In this document: positions 37,284 through 50,059 of the stretch, in pieces
Numbering within the stretch: position 1 is the stretch's first letter
How the letters are laid out: every line of letters begins with the position of its first letter
NCBI GenBank assembly: GCA_977020255.1
Contig: CDROCS010000973.1
Location: forward strand, 124,001-188,000
DNA from: Obrimoposthia wandeli
Lineage: Eukaryota
DNA: 64,000 bases
Reading direction: 5' to 3'
The notes under the pieces: generated by a model
The model's database searches: none
What the model was told of the DNA's origin: nothing
What the model saw: the letters and a program-made list of their open reading frames with translations, nothing else
Translations under genes and position numbers: made by a program

Positions 37284-40200
37284 CGCCACTATCAACTAAA
37301 GCCACTATCATTGACCCAAACATTATTAAATTTGGCAATCGACGTTAGAATTAAAGAAACAGGAAACCCACCACCATACACCATCTCATTGAAAGACTGA
37401 TTAAGCCTAACTGCTAGCTGCTGCCGACTACAAACAACTACACTTGTTCCTGCACACTGTCTTTTGTTAGGTGGTGCATCTTGTTAGTGTGTCTAATGAA
37501 TGAGAGATACTGTGTGAGTGTATTGTTTATTTATAAAATTACAGATCAATACCTGCGTTTGAATACTTTTTAATTTGAGTAAATTCTGAATACAACAGAC
37601 CTACTGAATTTAAAGTTCCATAACGAATGGCGTGTTGGAGCATTTTTGTAAAAGAAATAAAAACTCAAAGCCTTGTGATATAATCATTCTTAGACCTGTT
37701 TTTTTTTTATTTCATACGACTATTTAACTTAATATTGGTAAAAGAAATATAAAGTAAGGCTTATATTTAAACTAAATTTGTCATTTATCAATAAAAGCAA
37801 ACTTTGCATATCATTTTATATCAATAACAATGCAATTCTAGGCTATATACTTTTTTAATAATAAAATATATTCAAAATTATTCTGCATGCGACTGTTTAG
37901 TTCCTTTTGTATGAAAGCTTAGCTTCTATAAATATGGATTTTATGCTTTTCAGTTTATTTTGTATTATGATTGTTTTCCTTAAAATGGAAAAATAGTTTT
38001 TTCCCATAAGAGGATTTCATTGATATCCGAGTTTGGAAATGAAATTTTCCAATATCAGGAATATAATTTTTTCTATGAATTCAAATCCAGTAAAGTCTTC
38101 TGAAAAGTTATTTTGAAGTTATTTTTGCGGTTTATATTAAACTATGCACGATGTACCATTTCTGTGAGTACCCTAGTCTTTATTACTTGAAACATTTCGC
38201 TCCAGGCTGCTTTTAAATCTTTCTCATTATATAACCCTACACTTTCAACATTTTTTTCAGTTTCGAACCTCATCGTGACTTTAAGTGTTGTCATTTTTAT
38301 CATTTTTGGAGTTGCTATTTGTTTACGGTCAGGTAATGTTATCTATAGATCGTCGAAAGTTAATATTCAGGTGCCATTATATTACAGCAACTGATTTATT
38401 TGATTGGTGCGTCTTTAGGAAGTATCTTTCTTGTTATTGATTCTACAAAATGTTCTTTTAAGTTATAAGTTACTCGCAATTCACTCGTACACAGATCTGT
38501 TTTTCTCAATTGTATCAATACTTTTCTACACTTCCAAGTATAAAACACTTAGTATAAGTATAAAAAGACTAAAACACTTATGTCACGATAGGAATGCTTT
38601 TTAAGTATATATTTAAATAAGTTCTTTGAAATGTCATCATCTAGACTGGGAAAGAGATAATTATTTGGATTTTTGTGTAATTGCATTAATATCCTCAAAT
38701 ACCTAATTTTAAAATATATTTATTAAATAAATTTATGATTATAATTATCATTTAATGACTCTTGTAAGTTATTTATAATACAATACAACATGAAATTTTT
38801 GCATCTAATGAAAATAAGTTTTTTGGGACAGTTAATATCCTTATTACGACTAAAACAGTCTTAATTATATAATAATTAAATAAAGATAAAAATATTAGAA
38901 AATGATAGTGCATTAAAATTATATTTTTTAAAATTAAATATATACTATTTCTTATTATGTGAAATTGTTATTTAGCACAAAAATATACTTTATGTCCATA
39001 AATGAAGATTTGATGACGGATTGCTCCTAGAATTGACTATCTTTAATCAACTTTCTTTCTGGGTGTATTTTTTTATTTTGCATCAAAGTACATTAAGCAA
39101 TTTAAATGAATAAAAAAGTCTGGAGTTACGTGTAATTTGATGAAGCGCTATCTTCTTTATCGTCACCGTCCACGGGAAATTTCACAAACTGTCTCGAGAA
39201 CTCCACCTCGTCACAGTTTCCCTTTGCGATAGATTCAAGGATCCGCTTCACCGTCTCGTTTCGACTCGGATATCGTCCTCCAAGGGTTTTTTTCTCCACC
39301 TTCTCACCATCACCATGTAGTGACTCCTCCTGGACACTATGAAATCCCGCAATATACGTCCTCTCGAAGCCTTCTTCAATATTGATTTCTTCTTCCAAAA
39401 ATGTCAGCTTCAGATAAACATTTCTGTCGTCGGCTTTTCTTGCCAGAATCATCACAAAGACGCAATTGAAAATCCGCTATCAAACAATGAAAGTGGCAGC
39501 AGCAGAATCTGAAGCAGAGGCAGCATTGTTGTAGACAGTTTTGCAGAGCTAATTATCTTAGAGCCACTGAAGAATATGAGAATTGACAGCGATGATGAAA
39601 CTAAATTTATCAGTGATTTACAGACAATATAGTTACGATGATGATTGTGATTGTGTTTCTATCTCTTAACCACTCTGTCTACGTTTTCATGCGCTACAAA
39701 AACTCCACACTCAGCGCCCCACAACTTCTCCGGGTGTCCGTAACTCTGCACCTACAATTATTCATTCTGATTTATAGGCAGACTTCTGTTGACAAACTTA
39801 AGTGTATCTACAGTGTTTTCTTAATTCTTGACTCTATACGACACTCATCTAATCACTCGTAAGTAACAATTTCACTTTTGCTTATGTAAACTGTTTGCCA
39901 GGAAAATACACAAAGGTTCTATGACAACCGTTTCTAAGTGGTTTCTCAAGTATCAAATTCCGTTGTTTAGATATTCATATACATCAATTCATTAATGAAA
40001 CACGTTGGGAAATAAAATCGATTAAAGATTACGTAATTTTGATACTAAATGATTGAAATCTAAGATATTTAGAAATTGAAATATGTGTCAAAATTGATAA
40101 ATCTATTGGTGAATTTCGCTATCAATGTTGAAAATTGACCGAAGTATAATTGCATGTTTCTGATCAATATTTATTTGTTGATAACCATATTCCCTTATCT

Positions 40201-40779
40201 AATATTTTGCTTTACCTCTGCACGATCTTTTCGTCATTTCATTTGATGTTTCTAGCGAGAAAACCGTTAGAAATATAAAAATACATAAAATAGTATAAAA
40301 TACAATGATTTACAAAACAAAGAATTAGTCTTCAAACTAAAATCGTAACAAATTATCAATCAATTATTTACAAAATTATCAACAAAAAAGGTCGATATTT
40401 TAAAAATAATCAATTAATTTTATGTACAATTCTTTATTTTGTGGATAACATTTTGAAACTTGAATTTAATGAAGATTCGTAAATATTCCATAATATACAA
40501 TTAAATATTCCTCCAGATCATCTTTCATTGAAGGAGGTTTAAATTATATATTAGAAATAAATCACAGAAGTAGGAATTAAAATGCTTTATCAGTCTAAGG
40601 TAAAAAACTCTATATATTTAATGCATTACCAATCTTTTTTAAGCTAAAAGCGTATTTATAATGTCAACTTACACTTTTCTTCAGAACATTGGTTCTTTCA
40701 AGTTCATTTTCCCCATGGATCAGGAAGAAGACATTGTCAGTCATATTCTCGAAATGCAATCACATATTTATTGCCTTTT

Positions 40780-40970
40780 TTGCAAAGACTTTCGGCATAT
40801 ATTACTTGCCAATTGACGAGGAAAAGAAAATAGCGCACCATTTTAATCGCGATGTGGGTTTTGATGGTAAATGTTGGTTGCTAGCATTTCTAAAACTAAA
40901 CCCACAATTTGCATCTCGGACACCAGAAACAACGTCTGCTGCGAGGGCACAAGCTTTTAATCAAAAAATA
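40780..40970 (+). mobile_element. pogo/Tigger-like transposase remnant (CENP-B-type HTH region)
   Basis: GKCWLLAFLKLNPQFASRTPETTSAARAQAFN resembles pogo-like GKDWL.GFLKRHP.LS.RTPEATS.ARA.GFN. Confidence 0.75.
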
Positions 40971-41752
40971 TCACCAAATATGTATAATTTGACTGTAAAT
41001 AATTTTACTGTTTTTTACAAATATATTATAAATATAAATTGTAAGTTTACACTTCTGTTGAGAGATTCTCGCTGGGGAAAAAAGTTGTCCCCAAAAGGTG
41101 GTTGTGGCCATTTTTCGGGGTGTGATTAAGAAAATAAAAACCTCTTCGGGAGACAATAAACTTTCCAGGTCCCTGGACATTTGAAAATGAAAGTCATCTT
41201 TTGAAAAATTATATAGGTCATATACTTGATGATCTTCATTTTGAAAAAACGGTTTGCAACCCCGTTTTTTTATTAAAATTTTGGAGGCACTTCTAAAAAA
41301 TATTGCCCCTATATGTTTTCAGATTTTTTTATATACTTCTTTATTTGACCTACTTTTGGAAATTGGTCCGATTTTCAGTACCCTCTTTGTTGCGTTTTTC
41401 CTCGGTTAGAATTATTTTATTTTTTCTGAATAAAGTTTGACTGTGTAGAGAAAAGAAACCTTTACACGTATTAGAATATCATTTCTGACTATAGCGTATT
41501 GGCTGAGAAGTCAATGTTTTTATAATGTTTTTTTAAAAAGACCTAAAAATTGAAATTTTGGGCAAACTGACCTCACCATTTTTCAAAAAAATATAAACAT
41601 GACGTGCTATGGAAAATGTTATTTCTTTATTTACGTTAAGATATTAATAATTATAGTTTATCTGAATATGTAGTCAGCATAACAATGTACATGGGAATGC
41701 GTTTCTTTACATTAATAGTAGACTAAAAAATCAAAGTGCAAATACCGTTAAG

Positions 41753-41849
41753 GATAGTTTCTGGTCAATATCAGATTTTAGCAAAATATCCCAAGGTCTT
41801 TTTGACCTAGGGATATTTTGCTAAAATCTAATATTTACCAGAAACTATC
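41753..41849. repeat. 97-bp near-perfect inverted repeat (MITE-like hairpin)
   Basis: gatagtttctggt...aaaatatcccaaggtc-ttttt-gacctagggatattttgct...accagaaactatc; 46-bp arms with 3 mismatches. Confidence 0.85.
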
Positions 41850-42057
41850 AGAAGGTTTTCAAAGAATGGTTAAAATACGTGAAAGCGGAAGATATTTTTA
41901 CTAAGTAGTTATAAAATTAAATACAGTTTTTAATTTATCATGTCAATCATACCGTAATATGCCAACTTAACCTTTCCTTCTTTCGTGAAATAGTTTTAGG
42001 TTTATTTTTCTTCAATAAAACATATGTTTAGATATGTTTAAATATTCATGTGTATAT

Positions 42058-42190
42058 ATTAGGTGGATATGTTCATTCTAATCCACCTCTCCCCATTCTT
42101 TGGGGGCTACCACCTTCCTTTAAAACTGTGCATGTGTGTGGAGTGAAATTTCGTGCATGTATGGGGAGATGGAGAGGGGGTGTATACCCC
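42058..42190 (+). mobile_element. Degenerate left terminus of a second, related Polinton
   Basis: attaggtggatatg..ctaatccacc..cctttaaaactgtgcatgtgtgtggagtgaaatttc is homologous to 26130-26212. Confidence 0.75.
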
Positions 42191-42392
42191 ACCCCATTTT
42201 TTTTATTTTACTTTGAATTTTACCGCTAATCTCAAAGGTAAGTAGAAAAGACCACAGGAATCCATATTGACCCCAGCTGCTTATCGCAGACGAGATTTCA
42301 AATAATAAGTTTATGTGAATATATTATTACTAATTTTAAGAAAGATTTGAGATTAATAAATTACTACATTTTGTTAAATATTTAGGTCAGTT

Positions 42393-42923
42393 TTATAATT
42401 TATGTGAGAAAAAATAGATAAGATTTATATAATTTATATGAGAAAATACGTTTAAGTCAGATTTATATGAGAAAAAACAAAAACGAGTCAAAATTAATTT
42501 CAAAACATTTATTAAATCAATCATAAAACACCATATTGGCTTCATCAAAGTCCAAAGAGGCTGCATTTTCCCGTCAACAGCAAAATATCCATTGAGACGC
42601 ATTGAAATATTCCATAGTTCTTCATCTAAAATTGGAGCAATTAAATATCCTCGATCATCTCTAAAAGCCAGACTGGGATCAGTTTCAAGCTGGAAAGAAT
42701 TTCCTTCATATGCATAATCAGGTATATAAAATCCCAAAATGTTTTTCTATTGATCAATATCAGATGTTAAAATTTCGATGAGATATTTATTCTCTACTTT
42801 TTATATTTTCACAGGATTTATTACTCGTATAATTTGATGCCTCTTTAATATATTACATAGTTTTCCTTTTGAATTTCTTTCTGGATAATATAAATTTCCA
42901 ACATATCTCAGAAGAGGATCCAT
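42393..42923 (-). pseudogene. Unknown element gene, about 177 codons with 2 in-frame stops
   Basis: ORFs 42801-43019 and 42393-42737 are in the same frame: MDPLLRYVGNLYYPERN...PVKI*KVENKYLIEILTSDIDQ*KNILGFYIPDYAYEG... Confidence 0.6.
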
Positions 42924-43500
42924 TCTAAAATAAACAAACTGATTAAAAAAACAATGTTTATAAAAAATATATAAGATAAGTAGATGGATATGTGCGGTCT
43001 TATCTACCCCCTCTCTCAAGGGTGGCTAATACCATCCTTTAAAACCGTGGATGTGTGTGGAGTGAAATATTGAAAAAGCAACGAACGGGGGTAGTGCGGA
43101 TGCCACTACACGCCCTCCGGGCACTACAGTATTTTTCATTAACTTTATCCATCTACACATACCCCCCCTCACTATTACAACTACACAAATACGAATTCAT
43201 AAAGTCTATTTTTAAGTCATATTTTGAATAAATATTGGGAAATACTTAGACAAAAACTATAAATTATTTAAATAATTCACTCTCATTGCACATTGAACTC
43301 AGCCAACAAAATATTCGAAGTACAATTTTTTATCCAATGACATTCTCACATTCAAACATATTCAAAACTTGAAAAAATCCTATGAATATTCAATTAAATT
43401 ATTTAAATAAGACGCTCTCATTGGACAATAAAAGAGGGTTAGTCTGATCTTTTTGTATAAATGGAGATCTATTTTTAAATATTTTTCATAAATCAACAGA

Positions 43501-45295
43501 ATGCCTTTCTACAATAATGTTGACTTAGAGAAAGAGATAGAGGTGGAGCTGTATGGGGATCTCTCTCCAGTACAGCAGCAAACACCACCACCGTCGCAGT
43601 ACATTGACTAACTTAGTCAAGACTCGTCGGTGGTGAGCGAAGAAGAAGCAGCAGCAAGAGCGGAGCTGATAGAATAAGCATCATTGGCTAGCACAACTCT
43701 GACAGAAGAACCAATGGGTGCGAGAGGCGGGTTACAGAGATCCCAATATATCAACCTGACAAGTCAGGATTCGATTGCAAATTGGGAAGACTGTACTACC
43801 CGGCAGAATACAGAGGCTGCTCGTCCAGTAACTTCGGCAATAGCAGGAAGGAGATCCAATTTCTTTGACAATTTCGAAGCAGCAAACAAATGCCCCTGGA
43901 AATTGATCCCGCTGTCTCAACCGGAGATAGTCCTCGCACCGGACTTTGATGAGGAGCTATTCAGTGATGATGTACCGTCGGATCAAGAGGAAGATTTGAC
44001 TCCATTCATTGACGAATGGATTCAGCCAAGTCTCGGAGCCACTGACAACGCATCTGTCAAACAAGTCAATGGTGGCAAAATTGGACGACAGCGAGTGACG
44101 GCTGTTCACGGACGAATGGGATGGTCTCACTCCGTCTGCTACTCCAACTCCTATAGCAGACAATACAATGCCTGAACCATTCAGAAAGCCACAATCTTCG
44201 ATACGGGCTATTAAGAGAATAAAGGCAAAGAACGAGGTTAGACTTAATTTATTTCAAATGTTTTATAATTTCCTTTTCAGAGACTTCAACTCGATTTGTC
44301 ACAGTCAGTTACCACGGTGGAGAAGCTGATAGAACCGCAATAATTGGCGAGTTAAAGCAGCCAGGAGCAGCCAATGAGCGAGCTCCAATACCTAGCGTCT
44401 TCAGATAATGTAAAGGTAACTTATTTTTTAATTAGATATTAAATTTAATAATACACATAGATGGAAAAATTTCTCGAAGAGGCGACGCTTATTCAACCGG
44501 TGGATAGAAAGCAAGCAGCAGTTAGGAAACCACGACAACATCGGGTCAAAACCCAGACAGTCCTCCGGAAAAAGGCGAAGTTGGTGAAACAGGCAAACCT
44601 GTCTTTTATTGAGGTAAATTATTTATATATTTAAATTTTATTAATTTTTTACAGGAATCAGTCCAGATAATTGAGGAGACATGGTTGACAAACAGCGGGT
44701 TAGAGGACATCGAGGAGTCCGATTTCGTCGAGTTAACAGACGACAGTTGGATGGATGCTGTCAATTAAGAAGACTTCCAACCAGCTACAGTTGGATTGGT
44801 TTCATCAGGTATTTTTTATTACGATTTTTCTTATGATTTTTTAAAATTGTAATTAATAATGTCATATGTTTTATTTAATTTTTTTATATTTAATCCGGAA
44901 ATTCCTTGAGACAAACGTTACCGTCGTCGACTGTGGTAGCTATGCCTCCTTCATCGCGACTGCCTACATCGATGTATGCACGCCTTAGAGGTAATAATTA
45001 AATTAAATGTTATATTTTTAATATATTTTTTTCAGCAGATGCAACATTGGCCTCCACAATAGTCGCTTCCTGAACTTCCTTGCCAGCTACAGGATACCGA
45101 GTGGCCCCAATCTCCTATGCAGCCTCTACAAGCGCCATCGCCTCATTATCTGCAACACCACCTTCTACATCAGCACATACTACAGCAGCACCTTCTACAT
45201 CAGCTGCGATTGCCTCAACTTCAGCAGCACCGACATCTTTTAATATAAATAGTTATATTCTCATTCAATTATGGGAGGCTTGTCAGCGACAGTAG
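43501..45295 (+). pseudogene. Gene A/gene B chimeric paralog, multi-exon, many stops
   Basis: MPFYNNVDL start; introns 44237-44280, 44416-44460 and 44614-44654 at the same positions as gene A; exon 4 switches to gene B sequence (IEESDFVE..DDSWMD); further donors at 44809 and 44991; Ser/Thr/Ala-rich last exon. Confidence 0.85.
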
Positions 45296-47811
45296 GAAGA
45301 AAGAGGCTAGGCCAATTTCTTAATAAGGTCCCACCAAAGAAACGTAGGGAAAACGGTGCTACTATAGAGTATCACCTAAATAATAAATATGTTATAGTTA
45401 AGGTGCCATTAGGAAATGAAATTTTATTAAATGTAGGTGTAGATTCAAATATTGAAAATCTTTTAAAATCAGAAGTGACTAAATTAGGACAGGCTAAGGT
45501 TCAATTTTGCGCAACAGTGCAGTTTAAAAATGTCAATGAGGAAACTAAAACTTGGGTAATTTCACATAAAGCAACTGTTTTTTTATGATAATTTTGTAAC
45601 TGAAATTGGAAGAAACCTTGATGAAAAAATTGCTAATTATAGCGAGTTAAGTAGTGGATGGACTCTAGTTAGAATTCACGATGTTAGCTTTGTTCTAACA
45701 AAGTTCACTGACATGATATATCTTTCGGGGAGTTCATACATTCCTTCACCTAGATCTCTTCAACTTTCACATTCCATTGTTAACGTACAAAACAGTGATA
45801 ACCTTTGCTTTCTATATATCAAAAGGGGTGTAATTACTGAGCATAGAGAGCGTGTCAGTAAATATACCCCTTTTTTAAATGAATTCCAGTATCATGGAAT
45901 AGATTTTCCTGTTAAATTAACTGCGATATCAAGATTTGAACATCTTAATAACTTGAGTATTAATGTATTCAAATATAATACTGATATCCCAGTTAATGTA
46001 ACAGATGAAGAAATTTTTAAAAATCCTTTTGTAGATGTAATTTATAGGAGCAAAAATGAGGGGACTCAGGTCAACTTAATTTTGCTCGAACATAATAAAA
46101 AATTCCATTATGCTGCAATTCCCAATTTAGATCGTCTTCTAAATTTAGATAATGGAGCCTTACCGGTTAGGATAAGGTGTAAGTGGTGTCATAGATGTTT
46201 GCATGGGTTGCGATCCGAGCTCCCTTACAGCAAACATCTGACATTATGTTCACTGAATCCTGATGACAATACGTTATACACCATGCCTAAGGATAAGGAT
46301 TTAAAATTCAGGGATTGGGCAAAATGCATACCCGTGGAATTCAGGGTGTATGCAGATTTTGAGTCAATTTTAGCATTGCACGACCAGTATGAGAGTATTC
46401 TCCTACCGGCTTCGGCAGGACTACTATTCTTAGGCCCCAATATTACCCAGTATCATAAATTTTCCGGTCCAAATTGTATTTTAGATTTTATGTTAAAATT
46501 AGAGGAATTAGGAACAACAATTGTCAAACCGTGGTATGATCTCAATGCTCATCAAGCAATGATCATGACAGGCATAGACTGGGTTAATTTTAATTCTTGT
46601 AGATTATGTTATTTGTGTGGAACCCAGTCTAAGTTAGTCAGAGATCATGATCATGTTACGGGGTGATACTTGGGAGCGGCGTGCAACCTTTGTAACCTTG
46701 GCCGTCGTCTCCCTAAAAAACCACGCATTCCCATCGTGTTTCATAACTTCAAGGATATGATTTCCATCATATACTTAAATACGCTTTGGGTACATTAAGC
46801 TCTTGGGAAATTTCATGTATACCTCAAACTTCAGAGAAATATTTATCTTTAACTGCATATACTGAATTCTGCAGTTTAAGATTCATAGATTCTCTGCAGT
46901 TTTTGAGTGGTTCTTTAAAAAATTTAACGGCATCTTTAAATGCATGGCCAATTACACAGTCAGTGTTCCCAGCTTCGGTTAACGATAAGGGGATTTTTCC
47001 GTATAAATTTGCGAAAACTTTTGTAGATTTAGAAAATACAACTGAAATCCCACCCATAACTGAATTTGAAAGTGTAAGTCTTCAAGACTATAATGAGGCC
47101 CGTACATTTTGGGCGAATAATTGTCGAAATCTTTTAGAATATATGCTTTATTATATGAAGTTAGACATTTATCTTTTAGCTGATGTTTTTGAGTCCTTTC
47201 GTGTAAAATCTTTAGCAGAAGATGGGCTAGATCCCATGCATTTCTTTAGTTTACCTGGACTTTCATGGGCAACAGCAATAAAAACTCTTAAAATTAATAT
47301 CGAGTTACTGCAAGATCCCGCGCAGATCAAAATCGCAGCTGTGAACACTGACTCTTTCTTTTTAGAATGTAAAAATGTTAGTTTAAATAATCAATTATTA
47401 CCGGCAATGTTTAGGGACAACTTATTAGATACCTATAAATATCCCGCTAACCATCCTCTACACTCTATGAGTTTAAAGGATATTATCGGGAAATTTAAGG
47501 ATGAAAGCGAGGGACAGGTTTCGTATGATGATTGTATTTTTCTACGCCATAAATGCTACAGTGTACATGCATCTAATAATACATGTTCAATAAGAGCAAA
47601 GGGTGTGGGAAGAAACAATCTTACACATGAGGCCTACCGGAAAGTTTATGATACTGGGTGTATTGAAAGCGTTGAGCAAACTAGATTTATTTCAAGAGCC
47701 CATCAACTGTATTCCCATAAATCAACAAAAATCGCTTTGAGTAGAAATGACAACAAGCGCTTTTGGGTAGAAAAGAACGCTAGCCTGGCTTATGGACACT
47801 TTAGAATTTAA
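45271..47811 (+). pseudogene. Protein-primed DNA polymerase B (pPolB), frameshifted, with internal deletion
   Basis: SGW..., GSSYIP, NVQNSDNLCF, YADFESI, C..C...RDHDHVTG, RFIDSLQF, GIFPY, TDSFFL, IGKFKDE, RAKGV, KIALSRNDNKR. Jumps from ELLQDP to the motif C region at about 47318. Confidence 0.95.
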
Positions 47812-48073
47812 ACGGATTTCATTCTTGATTTTTTTAGTTTAGTTTTTTAAAATTTTAGATCCCTATGGCACCTTGACTCTAACCTTTTGTTATTTCAATA
47901 CATTTTTAGGATGCACCTTATTTTTGCTGACAGATCTCATTGTGATGTTGTTTTTAATAAATGTATCCAAAAAAATTTCGTCTTATGTCTTTTATTATTT
48001 TACCCTTATATATTTATGGATTTAAAAAAATAATTCAAAATTAAACATTAAAAATATTTATATTTATAACACA

Positions 48074-48373
48074 CTAATCGTTTTGCATCGATAACCATAA
48101 AATACATAAATGTCCACATTTTCTCGTCGCAGGATCCTGATATTGTATCTTGTTGTAAAATACTCTTCTTCGTCCTTTTTGAATAGTTGAAACAAATTTG
48201 TATGGATAATACATTGCAAGTGGATCAAATACATGTATTGTCCACTCTCTAACATAAATAGCTATCCAATGTTCTCCTGGTAAATTCGAAGTATGAGTAT
48301 TGATAATGTAACCTCCAGATTGAAAAAATGGAATCATATCAATAGGATAAACTCCATTGAATTTATCACCCAA
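48074..48373 (-). CDS. Adenain-like cysteine maturation protease (5' end degraded)
   Basis: FNGVYPID...IINTHTSNLPGEHWIAI...FDP...IQYQ...CGHLC gives the His/Asp/Gln/Cys set of adenovirus-type proteases. Confidence 0.9.
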   Translation of the reverse strand: MGDKFNGVYPIDMIPFFQSGGYIINTHTSNLPGEHWIAIYVREWTIHVFDPLAMYYPYKFVSTIQKGRRRVFYNKIQYQDPATRKCGHLCILWLSMQND

Positions 48374-48455
48374 GACCTGCTCTGCTGATTCTTGTACTTG
48401 TACTGAACTAAAAAAATATTAATAAATATAAATTTCAAAAATGTCTTACTTCATT

Positions 48456-49685
48456 CTATAATATGACAGTTCTGTTTTTATTGATTTGTAATTCGGAATC
48501 AAACACTCCGTAAATAAGCACCGTAGTAGGATGTGTTAAAGCTGCATTGAACTTAATTTCTAGTCGTAAATTTCCCTCCTTTGGTAGTTGGCATTGGTTT
48601 ATATCAAAGTTTGGTGCCAAAACAAATGTGAAGAACGGGCAGCTGCTTTTAAACTCAGTGAAAGAAATACCATTGTTTATATTTTTATCTAGTTGGCCCA
48701 ACTTCCGAATAATAGATTGCGTATAAGCCAAAGCATAAGCGTTACCTTCGAAATCTGTTTTATATGTTTCGCGATAATCAGTATTTCTTGAAAGTGTCAC
48801 TGAACTTACATTAAGATTGTCAAATTGAGTTGCATCTGTCGTATAATTTTCTAGATACTTTACAGTTTTTTGAAAAGAAATTAAAATGAATTTCGGTAAT
48901 CTTACATCACCAAAAATTTGATTCTTATTAAAAGCTTGTGTACCCGTACCTAAAGAGTAGAATATAAGTTTAGTTTCTCTTATAGGATTACAAGCATTGA
49001 TTTTTTCCATTCCTATATTATGTGCCATTAAAACTGATTGCTCGGTTTAAACTCCTCGGACATACAATTTTGCATCCAAAATATCAAGTCTAGGTTTTAG
49101 AACGTCTGTACTTATCAAAGAAAAATTCCATTTATTACGTTTCAAATGAAGATGTACATTAACACCGGGAATTAAATATTTTGGTTGTTCAAAGAAATTC
49201 AATCTCAATGACCCACACATTTCGTAAGCTTTAGAACCTGCAATCCATTATTTGCGAGTTGCAACCGTTTTATCATAACCAATGGTTGCCAAATTATTAT
49301 TTTGAGTATCAGTACTATAATTCAAAAGACTTTCAATCAAAGCTTTATTAGCATAGGAAGAAATTCCATCTTCAATTTTGACATTATTAAGAGTAACAAT
49401 GGCATCACTAAATAAAGAATTAAAGAGATAATTTACAGGTGTTACATCTGCATTTTCATCTAAATTAGTACCATCCCGATTTAATACTTTTATTTGAACA
49501 TAAATCAAAGTATAATTCAAATCTAAGTACTCGCTATTGGAACCATTAATATTAAATTCTAAATCGGTTAAAGTGGTTCCTGAAACTGAGTTAACTAGGA
49601 ATATTTCTTCAAAGGAATCATTATCTACAACTACTTCTGGGAGTGGTTTATCAAAAATACATAATTCTGTTTTGGCACAACTCAT
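48456..49685 (-). pseudogene. Major capsid protein (double jelly-roll, Polinton PY type), interrupted
   Basis: N-terminal KTELCIFD...EF.I.GS.SEYLDL..TLIYV; C-terminal GNLRLEIKF..AL...TVLIYG.FDS.LQINKNR.V; split into two ORFs. Confidence 0.88.
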
Positions 49686-49792
49686 TTTGCAAATATTGTT
49701 CCTTCAACTTTCTTACGTTTGTTTATATTAATTTTTAGCTTCTTTTTACTTTTAAATCCACTACCTCCTTGGCTTTTATTTGATTTACGTTT

Positions 49793-50059
49793 TCAAATCA
49801 AATTAGCAACTTCAGGTAAAATATTATCAAGTTCATCAAGCGCATGCTTCATAAAAGTTGGTATTAGTTTGTTGTCATTAGATGAAACGTAATCCTTTCC
49901 TAATTTTGATATAAATCGCCCGAGTCTCTTTAAAAGAGGAAAGGCAAATCTACCTAATGTTCTAAGCCAGCCAGATCCATATTGTTTACCAACAAAATAT
50001 GGTAATTCGCCACCTTGTTTGCTTTGACTATAAGCTTCAATTATTGCCTGATTCGCCAT
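49793..50059 (-). CDS. Small Gly-rich/basic core-like protein (QxGxG motifs), C-terminus frameshifted
   Basis: QGGELPYFVGKQYGSGWLRTLGRFAFPLLKRLG; conserved Polinton position between penton and MCP. Confidence 0.7.
   Translation of the reverse strand: MANQAIIEAYSQSKQGGELPYFVGKQYGSGWLRTLGRFAFPLLKRLGRFISKLGKDYVSSNDNKLIPTFMKHALDELDNILPEVANLI

Noticed and set aside
36846-37400. Several overlapping ORFs around the ANK gene
   Set aside because: Alternative-frame or antisense shadows of GC-rich exons; only the spliced frame gives ankyrin motifs.
39126-39455. 109-aa acidic ORF on the minus strand
   Set aside because: No recognisable motif, convincing splice signals or homolog within the window; left unassigned.
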